64,000 bases of DNA from Seison nebaliae (Eukaryota): positions 1 through 64,000 of the forward strand of contig JALJEE010000987.1 in assembly GCA_023231475.1 (NCBI GenBank), read 5' to 3'. Under the pieces are notes generated by a model that saw nothing but the letters and a program-made list of their open reading frames with translations, was not told where the DNA came from and searched no databases. The position numbers and the translations under genes are program-made. Shown here piece by piece: positions 40,421-51,789 of the stretch (positions are counted from its first letter, which is position 1; each line of letters begins with the position of its first letter).

Positions 40421-41384
40421 GGTACACGGTGATTTCGTCACCCTATTTTTTTGCCACGGTGTTTTGTTCAAAACGGTGATTTTGCCACCCACAAAACGGT
40501 GATTTCGCCACCTTTTTGTAGGAAAACGGTGATTTTGCCTCCCTGTTTTATTAAAAACGGTGATTTTGCCACCCTGTTTTATTAAAAACGGTGATTTTGC
40601 CACCCTGTGCAAAATATATGAATATTTCCATAATACATATATTGGGCACAATAATGGTGTTTTTGTCCCTCCATCATTGTGGAATAATCGTTCGAGGGTT
40701 ATGAACAATCTCCCTCGAACGAATAATCTAATGGAGGGAAAAAATAATGGATTAAGATTTCTAATAAAATATGACAATCCATCCATGTCATCCTTCGAGA
40801 ATCAGTTGAACAAAATATTCAACTACGAAGAACTCCAATATACGTTATTCAAAAATAATCAAAAGAAGCGAGTAAAACGAGTTGAAAGGGAAAAAAATGA
40901 GCGGTTGCAAGTAACAATTCCAAATTTTAGTATCGACACTCTCGAAGATAATCTTTTTACTATTGACAAAATTTTCCATTGAATTTTCTTTCCTTCTTAT
41001 ACATTTTATATGGTCATTTTTTTAAAATTACTTGTTATCGCTTAAATTAAGATAATATCATATACCGATAAAAAATAAATAATAAATATAAGATATATCC
41101 GAAATAATTAAATTAATCTACTCAAATATTAGACTAGAATTAGGAAATCTCACAATGTCAAGAATAAGAAATAGAAGGTGAGAATATTTCCATTTTATAG
41201 AGCAATGGGTGAGGAAACTTCCATTTAATAGATAATATGGTGAGGAAACTTCCATATTGAAAAAAATGGGTGAGGAAACTTACATATTGAAAAAAATGGG
41301 TGAGGAAATTTCCATAATGAAAAAAGTGGGTGAGGAAATCACCGTTTCGCTGCTAATTTTAGGGTGAGGAAAAGTCCGGCAACC
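40421..41384 (+). mobile_element. Internally deleted MULE (Mutator-like) DNA transposon with repetitive ends and a transposase C-terminal fragment
   Basis: Left: tandem AAAACGGTGATTTTGCCACCC units. Middle: ORF YFHNTYIG...PPSLWN...LPRTNNLMEGKNN (MULE RTNNxxE motif). Right: tandem GGGTGAGGAAA units at 41207-41372. Confidence 0.8.
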
Positions 41385-41453
41385 AATCTGCCATAGGGCA
41401 GAAAAGTGGAAAAATAAGTAATTTAAAATTTATAAACGGGCAATGTAAAGAAC

Positions 41454-41759
41454 AGAAAAAAGAACATTTCATGAAGCATCAATAAATGTCATGAATCACA
41501 AGCAACTAAACAAATAAAGAAAAAATTGAATGGTAATAATAAACATTTTGACTAATATTTCTAAATGACACTGTGTTTATGAACATAATAAGATGAATAT
41601 ATAGTATTTTATTATTAATACTTATTATGTTCATAAACACAGTGTCATTTAGAAATATTAGTCAAAATGTTTATTATTATCATTCAATTTTTTCTTTATT
41701 TGTTTAGTTGCTTGTGATTCATGACATTTATTGATGCTTCATGAAATGTTCTTTTTTCT
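41454..41759. repeat. Near-perfect long inverted repeat (139-bp arms, 28-bp spacer)
   Basis: 41454-41592 is the reverse complement of 41621-41759 with one mismatch seen. Confidence 0.95.
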
Positions 41760-41804
41760 TAAATTAAAACAATACAATTTTTACAATAATTTTACGAGAA
41801 TTGA

Positions 41805-42716
41805 ATGTATTTCAAATTGTTTATAATTATTAATTCTCTATGTTCTCTTTTACCAATTTATTCTAATATTTTACCCTCCAAATGTGGATTAACCCCGTTT
41901 TATTCGAATAAATTACCTGACACACGCATAAAGGGCGGGAGAAAAGCAAAAATCGGTTCATGGCCATGGGCTGTATCGATAGCGGTATATGGTAAACCAA
42001 GATGCGGTGGTACAATTATACATGAACGATTTGTATTAACTGCAGCTCATTGTGTGTTTCAATATGGTGAAATACCATATGTGTTTCCAATTAACGCTTT
42101 TACAATAATTGTTGGTAGTATCGATCGATTTAAGGAAGGAAATAGGAAAATTCCTGTTGTTGGTGTATATCCCCATGAAGAGTATAGACATAAAAGACCA
42201 ACCAATGATATTGCATTGATAAAATTAGCTTGCTCAGTTCCATTAGAGAACAAAACCACTAAAATTGAAGGAAAAATCGTGCCTATTTGCCTCCCACCAA
42301 TATACCAAAAATACAATAAAAATACGGTTTGCTTCGCTATTGGATGGGGTTTTTTAGACACCACCCAACGTCCAGCTATTTTGCGAGAGAAAAAAGTAAA
42401 TCTTTTTGAACATAATGCTTGCAAAAGAAATTTATCTACTCATTTTGCAGATAAATACACATTATGCAGCATCAGTGACTCTAAGAAGGCATCAGGAGCT
42501 AAGGGAGATTCAGGTAGTTCAGTGGTATGCCGTTCTTATAGAGATAAATGGTTTATTGCTGGCATATGTGTAGGTGGAGTTGGTCGTATGACATTATACA
42601 CAAAAATTTCTCGATATCTTGGTTGGATTGAAAGTCTAGTATATTATATGATAGAGAAATATCCAAATCAACTAACAGAACCTGTATTCCATCATACGAT
42701 AATTCCATTGTCATAA
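41805..42716 (+). CDS. Secreted trypsin-fold (S1A) serine protease; single ORF
   Basis: Signal peptide, CG...R/IKGG activation site, WPWAV, CGGTII, LTAAHC, NDIALIKL, PICLP and GDSG. Confidence 0.92.
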   Translation: MYFKLFIIINSLCSLLPIYSNILPSKCGLTPFYSNKLPDTRIKGGRKAKIGSWPWAVSIAVYGKPRCGGTIIHERFVLTAAHCVFQYGEIPYVFPINAFTIIVGSIDRFKEGNRKIPVVGVYPHEEYRHKRPTNDIALIKLACSVPLENKTTKIEGKIVPICLPPIYQKYNKNTVCFAIGWGFLDTTQRPAILREKKVNLFEHNACKRNLSTHFADKYTLCSISDSKKASGAKGDSGSSVVCRSYRDKWFIAGICVGGVGRMTLYTKISRYLGWIESLVYYMIEKYPNQLTEPVFHHTIIPLS

Positions 42717-42943
42717 AAACTATATTTTTTATCCTTGGCTTTTATTAAAAAAAATTGTTAATCCCCTAATATGAGTATAACTCAAGTTTAACTATTTGTT
42801 TATACTACTACGATTTACAATTAGTTGTTAGTGGATATTCACTCAAAACTAACAAGTAGGTTAGACTTGTAAGTTAGAAATTACAGCCAAAGAAGAAAAT
42901 TGATAAAGTAAAAAATGAAAGTAACAATCATTCTTAATTTATA

Positions 42944-43098
42944 TAATTTCTAACAAAGTTTTAGGAATTATGGTAATGAAATTTTCGGACAATTGAGCCA
43001 GATCGAGCTAATTATTGTTATATTTATTCCAAATTTGTGAAAAGCTAGATTGTCCGAAAATTCCATAAATATTTCTCTTAAAAATTTGTTAGCAATTA
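42944..43098. mobile_element. Degenerate MITE / imperfect inverted repeat
   Basis: AATTTTCGGACAAT pairs with ATTGTCCGAAAATT; the outer TAATTTCTAACAAA pairs imperfectly with TTTGTTAGCAATTA. Confidence 0.5.
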
Positions 43099-43333
43099 TC
43101 ATAATATCGTCGATTTACTAAATCATAAAAAGAACAAGAATATAGGTAGAGCGTGAATCGAGCGATAATGTAGGATTTGATATATAGATATATATAAATA
43201 AATAATTATGTATACAATGTCACTATTATGTGACCATGATATATTGTCAGTAGAATGAAACAAGTTTAACTAATTTGTTAGCTTTGTTGTTATCATTTTC
43301 TTTAAACACGTCCCAATTTTCACAATAATAATA

Positions 43334-44629
43334 ATGGCATTATCCGTAAATTTATCATCATCCGAGATCAGTCGATATTCCCGACAAATTCTCTTAAGCG
43401 AAGTGGGAATTGATGGACAAACTAAACTGAAGAATAGCCGAGTTTTAATCATTGGTTGTGGAGGACTGGGCTGTCCTTCAGCGCTATATCTTTGTGGGGC
43501 TGGTATTGGGATAGTTGGATTGTGGGATCATGATATAGTCGATGTGAATAATTTGCATCGACAAATTGGCCATGAAGAAGGGAAAGTTAATCAATTAAAA
43601 GTTGATTCGTTAAAAGAGAAATTATTAAAATTAAATTCAACGATTCAAATCGAAACATATTCATTGCCATTTGGAAAGGACGAAAAACAAAATGAAATTC
43701 TTAGAAAATATGATATTGTTTTAGACTGTACTGATAACGTTGCAACAAGATATCTTTTGAATGATTTATGTGTCAAGTTTGATAGAATATTAATTTCTGG
43801 TAGTGCCATTCGAATGGAAGGGCAATTATCAATTTTCAATTATTCAAGAAAATTTTTAAACATAACAGATGATGTTACAAGTTATGAAGGAAACAATAAT
43901 TTATGTTATCGATGTTTATGGCCAGTGCCGTCACCAAAACAATCGATTAAATCATGTTCTTCTTCAGGAGTTCTAGGAATGGTACCCGGCACTATCGGAA
44001 CATTACAAGCAACAGAAACTATTAAAGTCTTATTAAAGTTTCCTCCAGAAAATTTATTATGTGGAAAACTCTTAATTTATGACGCAAAAAATTTAATTAT
44101 GAAAGTTATTAAATTGAGAGGAAAGGATCCTAATTGTAAATCGTGTTCTCTTCGACAATTTCCTCCTTCAATGACATTAGACGATTATGAAAAGATCTAT
44201 GGTGGATTAATACAATGTGATTCTAAATTAGAACTCTTATCAAAAGATGATCGTTTAAATTGTGATCAATTTAATGAAATGATAAAGAAACAAAAGAAAA
44301 TACTTTTGATTGATACAAGAGAGAAATGCGAATTAGAATTAGGAAAGATACAAGAGACTGATCAATTGCATCAATTCCATTATTCCTTGTCAGATATGCA
44401 AACAGACAAACAATGTCATTTGAAGAAATTGGAGAAATTCTTAGGAGAAAAGGTCGAAATTTTTGAATTTATTGTTTGTGTATGTCGTCGCGGAAATAAT
44501 TCACAAGAAGCGGTTGATATTTTGCAGAGTATCTGTTTAAACAATGAATCTAAAATGAAAATTAAAGATTTAATTGGTGGACTAATGGAATGGAGATTGA
44601 AATATGATCTAACAATACCAGAATATTAA
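43334..44629 (+). CDS. MOCS3: Adenylyltransferase/sulfurtransferase MOCS3/UBA4; single ORF
   Basis: RYSRQILL, GCGGLG, NLHRQ, DCTDN, CYRC and a rhodanese domain with CRRGN. Confidence 0.95.
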   Translation: MALSVNLSSSEISRYSRQILLSEVGIDGQTKLKNSRVLIIGCGGLGCPSALYLCGAGIGIVGLWDHDIVDVNNLHRQIGHEEGKVNQLKVDSLKEKLLKLNSTIQIETYSLPFGKDEKQNEILRKYDIVLDCTDNVATRYLLNDLCVKFDRILISGSAIRMEGQLSIFNYSRKFLNITDDVTSYEGNNNLCYRCLWPVPSPKQSIKSCSSSGVLGMVPGTIGTLQATETIKVLLKFPPENLLCGKLLIYDAKNLIMKVIKLRGKDPNCKSCSLRQFPPSMTLDDYEKIYGGLIQCDSKLELLSKDDRLNCDQFNEMIKKQKKILLIDTREKCELELGKIQETDQLHQFHYSLSDMQTDKQCHLKKLEKFLGEKVEIFEFIVCVCRRGNNSQEAVDILQSICLNNESKMKIKDLIGGLMEWRLKYDLTIPEY

Positions 44630-44777
44630 TTTTTATGTATTTTTCTGAGCTTTTATTTCAGTTTCATAATATTTGTCATTTATTTAATTTTATTAAAATT
44701 TCATACTGTTCAACACTTAATCACCATTGTCAATTACGTAAACAAACTCTGAAATAATATTATCGTAATTAGGCAGA

Positions 44778-45601
44778 ATGTTGAAAACAACTAAACCAGA
44801 AAGTTATTAAATTCTAATTACCTTTTTGTTTTTCTTTAATTGTTAATCATTAGCTTGGTATATCCACGAAATTCCAAAAAAAAGATCAGTTTCGGCTTAT
44901 GCGACCAGATTATCTGAATCGTGGAGAATCTTTGACGATTCTAATTTGCCAGACGATGGAAGAAAACCGGGAGAAGTTTGGATAAAGGAAAGTGATTCAG
45001 ATTTTGTTCGACTTTGTAAGTTAGGCGGCCGACCGGGTTTACTAAAATTCCACCCTGGTAAAAAAAGCTCAAAGCCGGTTGGATATCCACGACCTGATTG
45101 GTTTGCTCATCCAACTACTCAATCAGCTATTGCTACGGAAGAAAAGTTGAACTTATTTATTGTGAAAAACTAAGTTTTTATTTTCAGGTTTGAATTTGGA
45201 CAACCGAGTTGGATGCATGTAACCGAATTAGACATAGGTTGTCAAAAGAACAAGAAGAAACAAGTTCGAAGAAATTTTTCGAAGACGGCTGCTCCTCGAC
45301 GTTACACTAGAATGCAAGAAATGGAAAACATAAGGAAAGTTGAACAAATTATACCTAATAGCTACTTGATGCAACAAGAACGTCAACGTCAAAAATTAAA
45401 AGAACGTCTAGCTCTTAATAAAACAGCTGTAACGTTAGTCATCATTGTACAGTTAAGTCCCGACATTTAATAGAAAAAGAATGAATAATAAATTTTTGTG
45501 TATTAACTTTTTTTAAATGTTTCTATCTTCCGCTTTATAGGAAAGATGATGGAGATACTACTATGAAAGCAATACTTTCTAACCAATATGCACGTGGATG
45601 A
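44778..45601 (+). CDS. C7orf57-like protein; >=4 exons
   Basis: Spliced MLKTTKPETWYIHEIPKKR...WIKESDSDFVRLCKLGGRPGLL...YPRPDWF...MKAILSNQYARG*. The DSDxVxLxKxGGRPxLL motif is recalled from C7orf57 homologues. The last intron may hide a micro-exon. Confidence 0.65.
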
Positions 45602-45968
45602 GTAGAATTAGAGAAGTAGAAGTGAAAGTCAAGTTCCCTATTATCAATAAATATTGACAAATTTATTTATAAATAAAAACGACTATTTGTTGACGACTTC
45701 ACATTAGAACCCCATCTGTTACTGGAATCAACCATCTGCTACCAACCGGCAGCGTATAATAATATTCTCATTTTTATTCGCTTTTTCATTCCACTATTTC
45801 AACTTTATATTCTTTCATGAAATATTTTCTTTCCAATTTCCAATCATCAACTTAATAAATGCGAATTGTTCAACAAAATTTCCTCCATAACTTTCAAACA
45901 TAATACCGATTAATATATATATAATATAATAGAGTAGAAAAACCTTTTTTTTTAAATTAATAAAAACT

Positions 45969-47449
45969 ATGAGAGAAATCATTCACATACAAGCTGGTCA
46001 ATGCGGTAATCAAATTGGTTCAAAATTTTGGGAAGTAATTTCTGATGAACATGGAATTAATCCAAATGGAGCTTATATCGGCAATTGTGAAGCTCTACAA
46101 TTAGAGCGAATTGATGTTTATTTTAATGAAGCTGCCCAAAAAAAATATGTCCCACGGTCAATTCTTATCGATTTGGAGCCGGGTACCATGGACACCGTAC
46201 GTACTTCTGCATTTGGTCGACTATTTCGACCTGATAACTTTATTTTTGGTCAAGGGGGTGCCGGTAATAATTGGGCGAAAGGACATTATACTGAAGGTGC
46301 AGATTTAATTGATGGTGTGATGGACGTTGTAAGGAAAGAAGCCGAGAATTGTGATTGTATTCAAGGCTTCCAAATGACCCATTCAATTGGTGGAGGTACG
46401 GGATCTGGTATGGGAACATTATTAATTTCAAAAATCCGCGAAGAATTTCCTGATAGAATGATGTGTACTTATTCAGTAGTGCCATCTCCAAAAGTTTCGG
46501 ACACTGTGGTCGAACCATATAATGCCACATTATCCGTACATCAACTAGTTGAGAATACGGACGAAACGTTTTGTATTGACAATGAGGCATTATACGACAT
46601 TTGTTTTAGAACGCTAAAACTTACATCACCTACATATGGCGATTTAAACCATCTTGTATCAATGACAATGTCGGGAGTAACAACGTGCTTAAGATTTCCC
46701 GGACAACTTAATGCGGATTTAAGGAAACTTGCAGTTAACATGGTACCGTTTCCTCGATTGCATTTCTTTATGCCAGGCTTTGCTCCCTTAACATCCCGAG
46801 CTATTAAGTCATACAACTCATTATCAGTTCAAGAATTAACACATCAAATGTTCGACGCTAAAAATATGATGGCCGCTTGTGATCCAAGACACGGTCGTTA
46901 CCTTACCGTGGCTACAATCTTTCGTGGACAGATGAGTATGAAAGAAGTTGATGACCAAATGCTCCATATTCAGAATAAGAATGCAGGATTGTTTGTTGAA
47001 TGGATTCCAAATAATGTGAAAACGGCAGTGTGTGACATACCTCCAAAGGGCTTGAAGTTTTCGGGCACATTTATTGGTTGGAATTTTATTTTCCTTAATC
47101 TATTCTACTCTGAATATTCGAAAATTTCTTCAATAGGTAACTCCACGTGTATCCAAACACTTTTCCGACGAGTTGCTGAACAATTCACTGCCATGTTCCG
47201 ACGGAAAGCTTTTCTTCATTGGTACACTGGAGAAGGAATGGACGAAATGGAATTTACTGAAGCTGAATCGAATATGAACGACTTAGTTAGGAGACTATTA
47301 GAAATTGGATGATTATTTATTTTAAAATTCAGATAAGTGAATATCAACAATATCAAGAAGCAACGATTGATGATACGGTGGAAGATGAACCGGAAGATGA
47401 GCCAATTCCAAAAAAAATGGATACTCAAAATAGTGTTGAAGAAGAATAA
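45969..47449 (+). CDS. TUBB: Beta-tubulin, divergent isotype; 3 exons
   Basis: MREI start, GGGTGSG. Introns 47077-47136 (60 nt, read through in the ORF track) and 47286-47332 restore FIGNST and [14 protein letters not shown]. Confidence 0.96.
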
Positions 47450-47619
47450 ACAGTGCAGTAAAACAAACGAAATTTCTAAATTTTTAAAATCTTTTTTGTT
47501 TATTTTTCAAACTAATTGAAATAGATTAGCTGACATTTACTCCAACAATTTTGCAGCGAAAAAATATTTTGAAAAAAAAATTCTTAAATTTCTTTACTAT
47601 TTTTCTTCTTCCAAACTTA

Positions 47620-49931
47620 TTATTTTATGTTTATAGTTCTCAATAAAGCATCTGCTTCTGCTTTTAAATATTTCGCTGGTTGACTAGCTTTCCTTATTAA
47701 TCGGAAATAAAGCATTACCATACAAGAATAAATAATCTCAATAAATAACAATCCTGCTACTAAACTACCGAACATGGAAATCGCAACAGCATAACTTTCT
47801 TCACGACAAGTATTATCAGTATTCTTCCGATAAATTATACTCATTTTAATCATCTGGTATTCTTTCTCCTCTTCAATCGGTTCTCGTTCATGCATTTCGT
47901 CTGATGGATATAATGTATCTTCCAAATCTGTGTCGACAACGTTCGAATAATTATTATAAGCGGTGCACTTAAATCGTAATATTATAGGTTTGGTTAACTT
48001 TTCAACATCTACAAAATTAAGATGAGTTTATTGTGACGAATAAAAACGAAACCATAATCGTTCGTATGTAAATTATATAAAGGTGGATTGTCACTCTCTC
48101 GAAAGATTTCCCCGATGTGTACGAAATCAATTAATTTCAATTTACAAATCGGAATCATACCTTCCTGCCACCAACTTTCTGCCAATAATTTCTCACAATA
48201 TCGTGTGATATTGATGAAGCCGCCCGTATTTCCTTTAACATAATAAAAGTTGTATATTGGAATAGGATTTCCAACAATTTTACAAGGAACATTTAGGTAA
48301 TAATCTCGAATATTTTCATTTTCATCAATAGTTTTTATATAAGTAATATGGCGTCTGGAACATGGTACGACGACTGGTGCAAAATGAACATTAATTCTCA
48401 ACGAATCATAATATGGAGTCAATGTCAAATCAGACTTGTCCATGTATTTTCCATGACCATAAATATGGTCGATAACGTCGACAATTTCCTTCAATTGAAA
48501 ACTTTGTTTAAATAATTTTCCTTTCGGATAAGTGAATAAGTTGAGAACATCTGAAGTTAGGTCATCGCCGAACAATATTTGAACTGATTTACTATCAGTA
48601 AACTTATGTTTTTTCAAGTAATAAGAATATGCACTGAAATTGGTAACTAATCCTGTCGACTTTAAAATATCTACTGAATATAAATATTTTGCAATAGGTA
48701 AACCTGAATTATCCCCATATATTTTCTGATGTATAAACTTATACCGAAAAGGCCAATTGTCGGGTTCATTAAAAAAGATATCTACATTAAATCGGAATAG
48801 TTTTTTAAATACTTTTAATGAAAACATATCACCAATGAGACAACGAAATTGATGAGAATGATCAATGTAAGAAAATCTTCGTTCAATTATTGAAAAGAGA
48901 TCCACAATAAAAATAAAGTTTCTATCATTATCAAAAGTGTTGAAAATGCCACCTTGACTCCGATTGACATCGGCGTAAATGTATTTTAGATAATCATCAT
49001 TAACAGTCGATTGAAGACCACCCCCATAAATATTCCATAGAGCAATGAATCTATCAAGATAATGGTTGACTTCTTTTGAAGTATGTTCTTTTTGTGGGAA
49101 TGTCGCATATTGTGGTTGCATGATATAGGCGATTGAACTGGAGAATATTGAACTTTCAGCTTGACGTCTTTTAACAGACGACGTATCAACAGTTAAAGCT
49201 GATTCGATAGTTAATAAATCTTTGATTTTGGTGAAGGAAGTGTTATACAAATAACTAGAGATAGCTATTCTCGCTTTACAAGTGAGTCGACCGAAACCCG
49301 AATTTTTTATAAATTTTTTCTTTTCTAATCGACTCTTGTTGACATCAATGAAAATTCTCTTACTTATACCAACAATATCCAGATCTGGTGGATCGACCAA
49401 AACAATGACTTCAATAACTCTTAATCTTTCCCGCCAAAATGGACTGGGACTTTCATAACGACCTGCATTTTCTGATCGGACTTCTTTAAAAAACTCGATC
49501 CACACTTGGTTTGTTTCGGACGTTCTCCAAATACTAGAAACGGTGTGAGACGAAATTCCATTTGCTGTCCAATACATCAATTCACTTGTATTAGATAGAG
49601 ACATACTAGTAAGAAAAATACGATCGGCAAATATCCATGCGTCTTGCCATGTGTCAAACTTGACTGCTGTTCTATCTCGAAATGTTTTCGATATATCAAA
49701 TATTAGAGGTTCGCCTTCCTTCACTATAAAAACTGAAATTCCTTTATGTCGCCGTGCATATGATAAATATGCCTCATAATTATCTTTTACTGTTTCTAAA
49801 TTTTCTGCTTCATTCGAATAATCAAGATATGATGGTAGAAATGATTCGAATGCATCCAGTTTCGAAATTTTTTCATTTTCACTAATTTTGAGGAAAATAA
49901 GAAAGATCAAAACTATTTTTAATATACACAT
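47620..49931 (-). CDS. Type I membrane protein with divergent Ig-like domains; 2 exons
   Basis: Signal peptide, ENAGRYE, LTCKA, FRC, CKIVGNPIP and (after a GTTTC...TAG intron) FKCTAYN. C-terminal TM segment AVAISMFGSLVAGLLFIEIIYSCMVMLYF. Confidence 0.65.
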
Positions 49932-50030
49932 TATGCTCGCTATCAATCAGTATCATCCAATTAGAACTTAACGGTTGGAGCTTACGAATAAATAAATTAA
50001 ATTTTTATTGAAAGTGAAAGTTAAATGAGT

Positions 50031-51789
50031 TTAGTTGAATAATAAATCATTAAAACGTTCCAATAACATAGCCATTGATGTTCGATAAGTTGTTAACGTT
50101 CTGACAATTCGGAAACGATTGGCTCGTTCAAAATTCGATTTTACTAATTCATAATATTCTCCATCACAAATGGTAAAAGATCTTAGACGGCTACATCTCA
50201 ATCTTAAGTGGTCGATAAATTTTGAAGATTTGTTGTTGAATCGTAAAGTTTCCGTATCCCATTGAACCTCAAACCGCCTTAACGATGGACAACTTAAGGC
50301 GACTGCTTCGATAATTTGATCGATATGAACTCTAGCGGATATTTGACGATAATTTCCATAAGCAGTTCCCACGATCAGAACTCTTAAATTTAAATTTTGT
50401 TCAAACTAGTGGAAATGCAAAAATGTTAACTCTACATTTTTTAAATAGCAGATTGTGCTATTCCAAAATTGTTCCGTCAATTTTGGATTACCTGCATAAC
50501 AGAAACCCTTCAATTGTTTCCCATGAATACTGATAAATCGTTTAATTGCATCGCCGCTTGTATGAATAGTATGACTGAGATTGAGCGCTTTCAACATTTT
50601 AGAACGTTCTCCTAATAATGACAAAACCTGTTAAGAAGTGGTTAATGTTGATAATAATAATTTATTTAATTGAAAACTTTGTCTGTAAATCCATCACAAT
50701 AGGCGACGTTCAAATAAGTAAATCCGTGAGGCAATTTCCGCACTATATTTTCTATGCAAGATTCAGATAATTCGGTTGAACAGATATCTAATTCTCTAAT
50801 ATTATTTGCATTCTCCCAATCGATTGAATTAAATGCATTGTCTTCAATTCCTGTAAAGAAAAACATTAAAAGTAATATCATAAAATACGGAACCAGTATT
50901 TCTTAATAATAAAGTTCTCATTTTTTTACATCTGTTTAATAGTGTTACGAAGGAGTATCCTTTCAGTTTATGGCAATAGTGAACAGCGACAACTTCCAAA
51001 TGAATGCAACCACTGGCAACAGCTTCGATATGAGCGTCATCGATGAAACCGACACCAAATAAATTCAATATTGTTAAATTAGGTGTATGTTGTTTAATTT
51101 TAATGATGTTAATTGTTTCATATGGTTCTTCATCATAAATCGAGTAATCTGTCGTTCCAATTAAAGTCAATATTTCAATTGAAGATAAGGAAGTATATAC
51201 ACAACGCATAAATCCTTCTAAGAATATGACTTCACTCAAACAAATGGTTAGGTTCTTTAAATTGCATGGAAATGAATTTAGATCATTGAAATCATGTAAT
51301 TGCATAGCTGTCGAAAAGTCTAATGTCATATGTTTCAAATATGGACATCGATTGGCTAGAACATGGAGAACGTTTGCTGTAATCAATTCACATGATAATT
51401 CGATATCACTATATTACAATATAATGAATTTCATCAATCAGTTAAAAGAAGAAAAATTTGAAAATTAACGTCAAAGTGTGACAAAGTTTTTTACTTAAAA
51501 CTTTTAGAAACAAATCCACATTTCTTATCGTTAATGTTTGGTCATATAATAATTGTTCCTTCCGAATATCAATATCATCATTATTGTTTTGTGGAATACC
51601 ACGCAGGTTTAGATATGTCCATAATCTCGTGTCTTGGATCAGATGATGCCATTTCTTACAAACTTTCATGCATGTCAAATGTTGAGCATGCGTCAAATAA
51701 GAAAAGCAGCGTAATAAGATTTTATCATTCAATTGATTGATATTCAACTGCATTGATTGTGATAGATCATTAAATGAAGAAATTGGCAT
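50031..51789 (-). CDS. F-box/leucine-rich-repeat protein; 5 exons (upstream exons possible)
   Basis: F-box INQLNDKILLRCFSYL...VCKKW followed by cysteine-containing LRRs. Four GTT introns join the five ORF pieces in frame. Confidence 0.88.

Noticed and set aside
40250..40786. 178-aa minus-strand ORF
   Set aside because: It is the antisense reading of the MULE repeats and transposase fragment.
41207..41372. Regularly spaced GGGTGAGGAAA repeats resembling a CRISPR array
   Set aside because: The spacers are similar to each other, the context is eukaryotic, there are no cas genes, and the repeats adjoin a MULE transposase fragment. They are subterminal transposon repeats.
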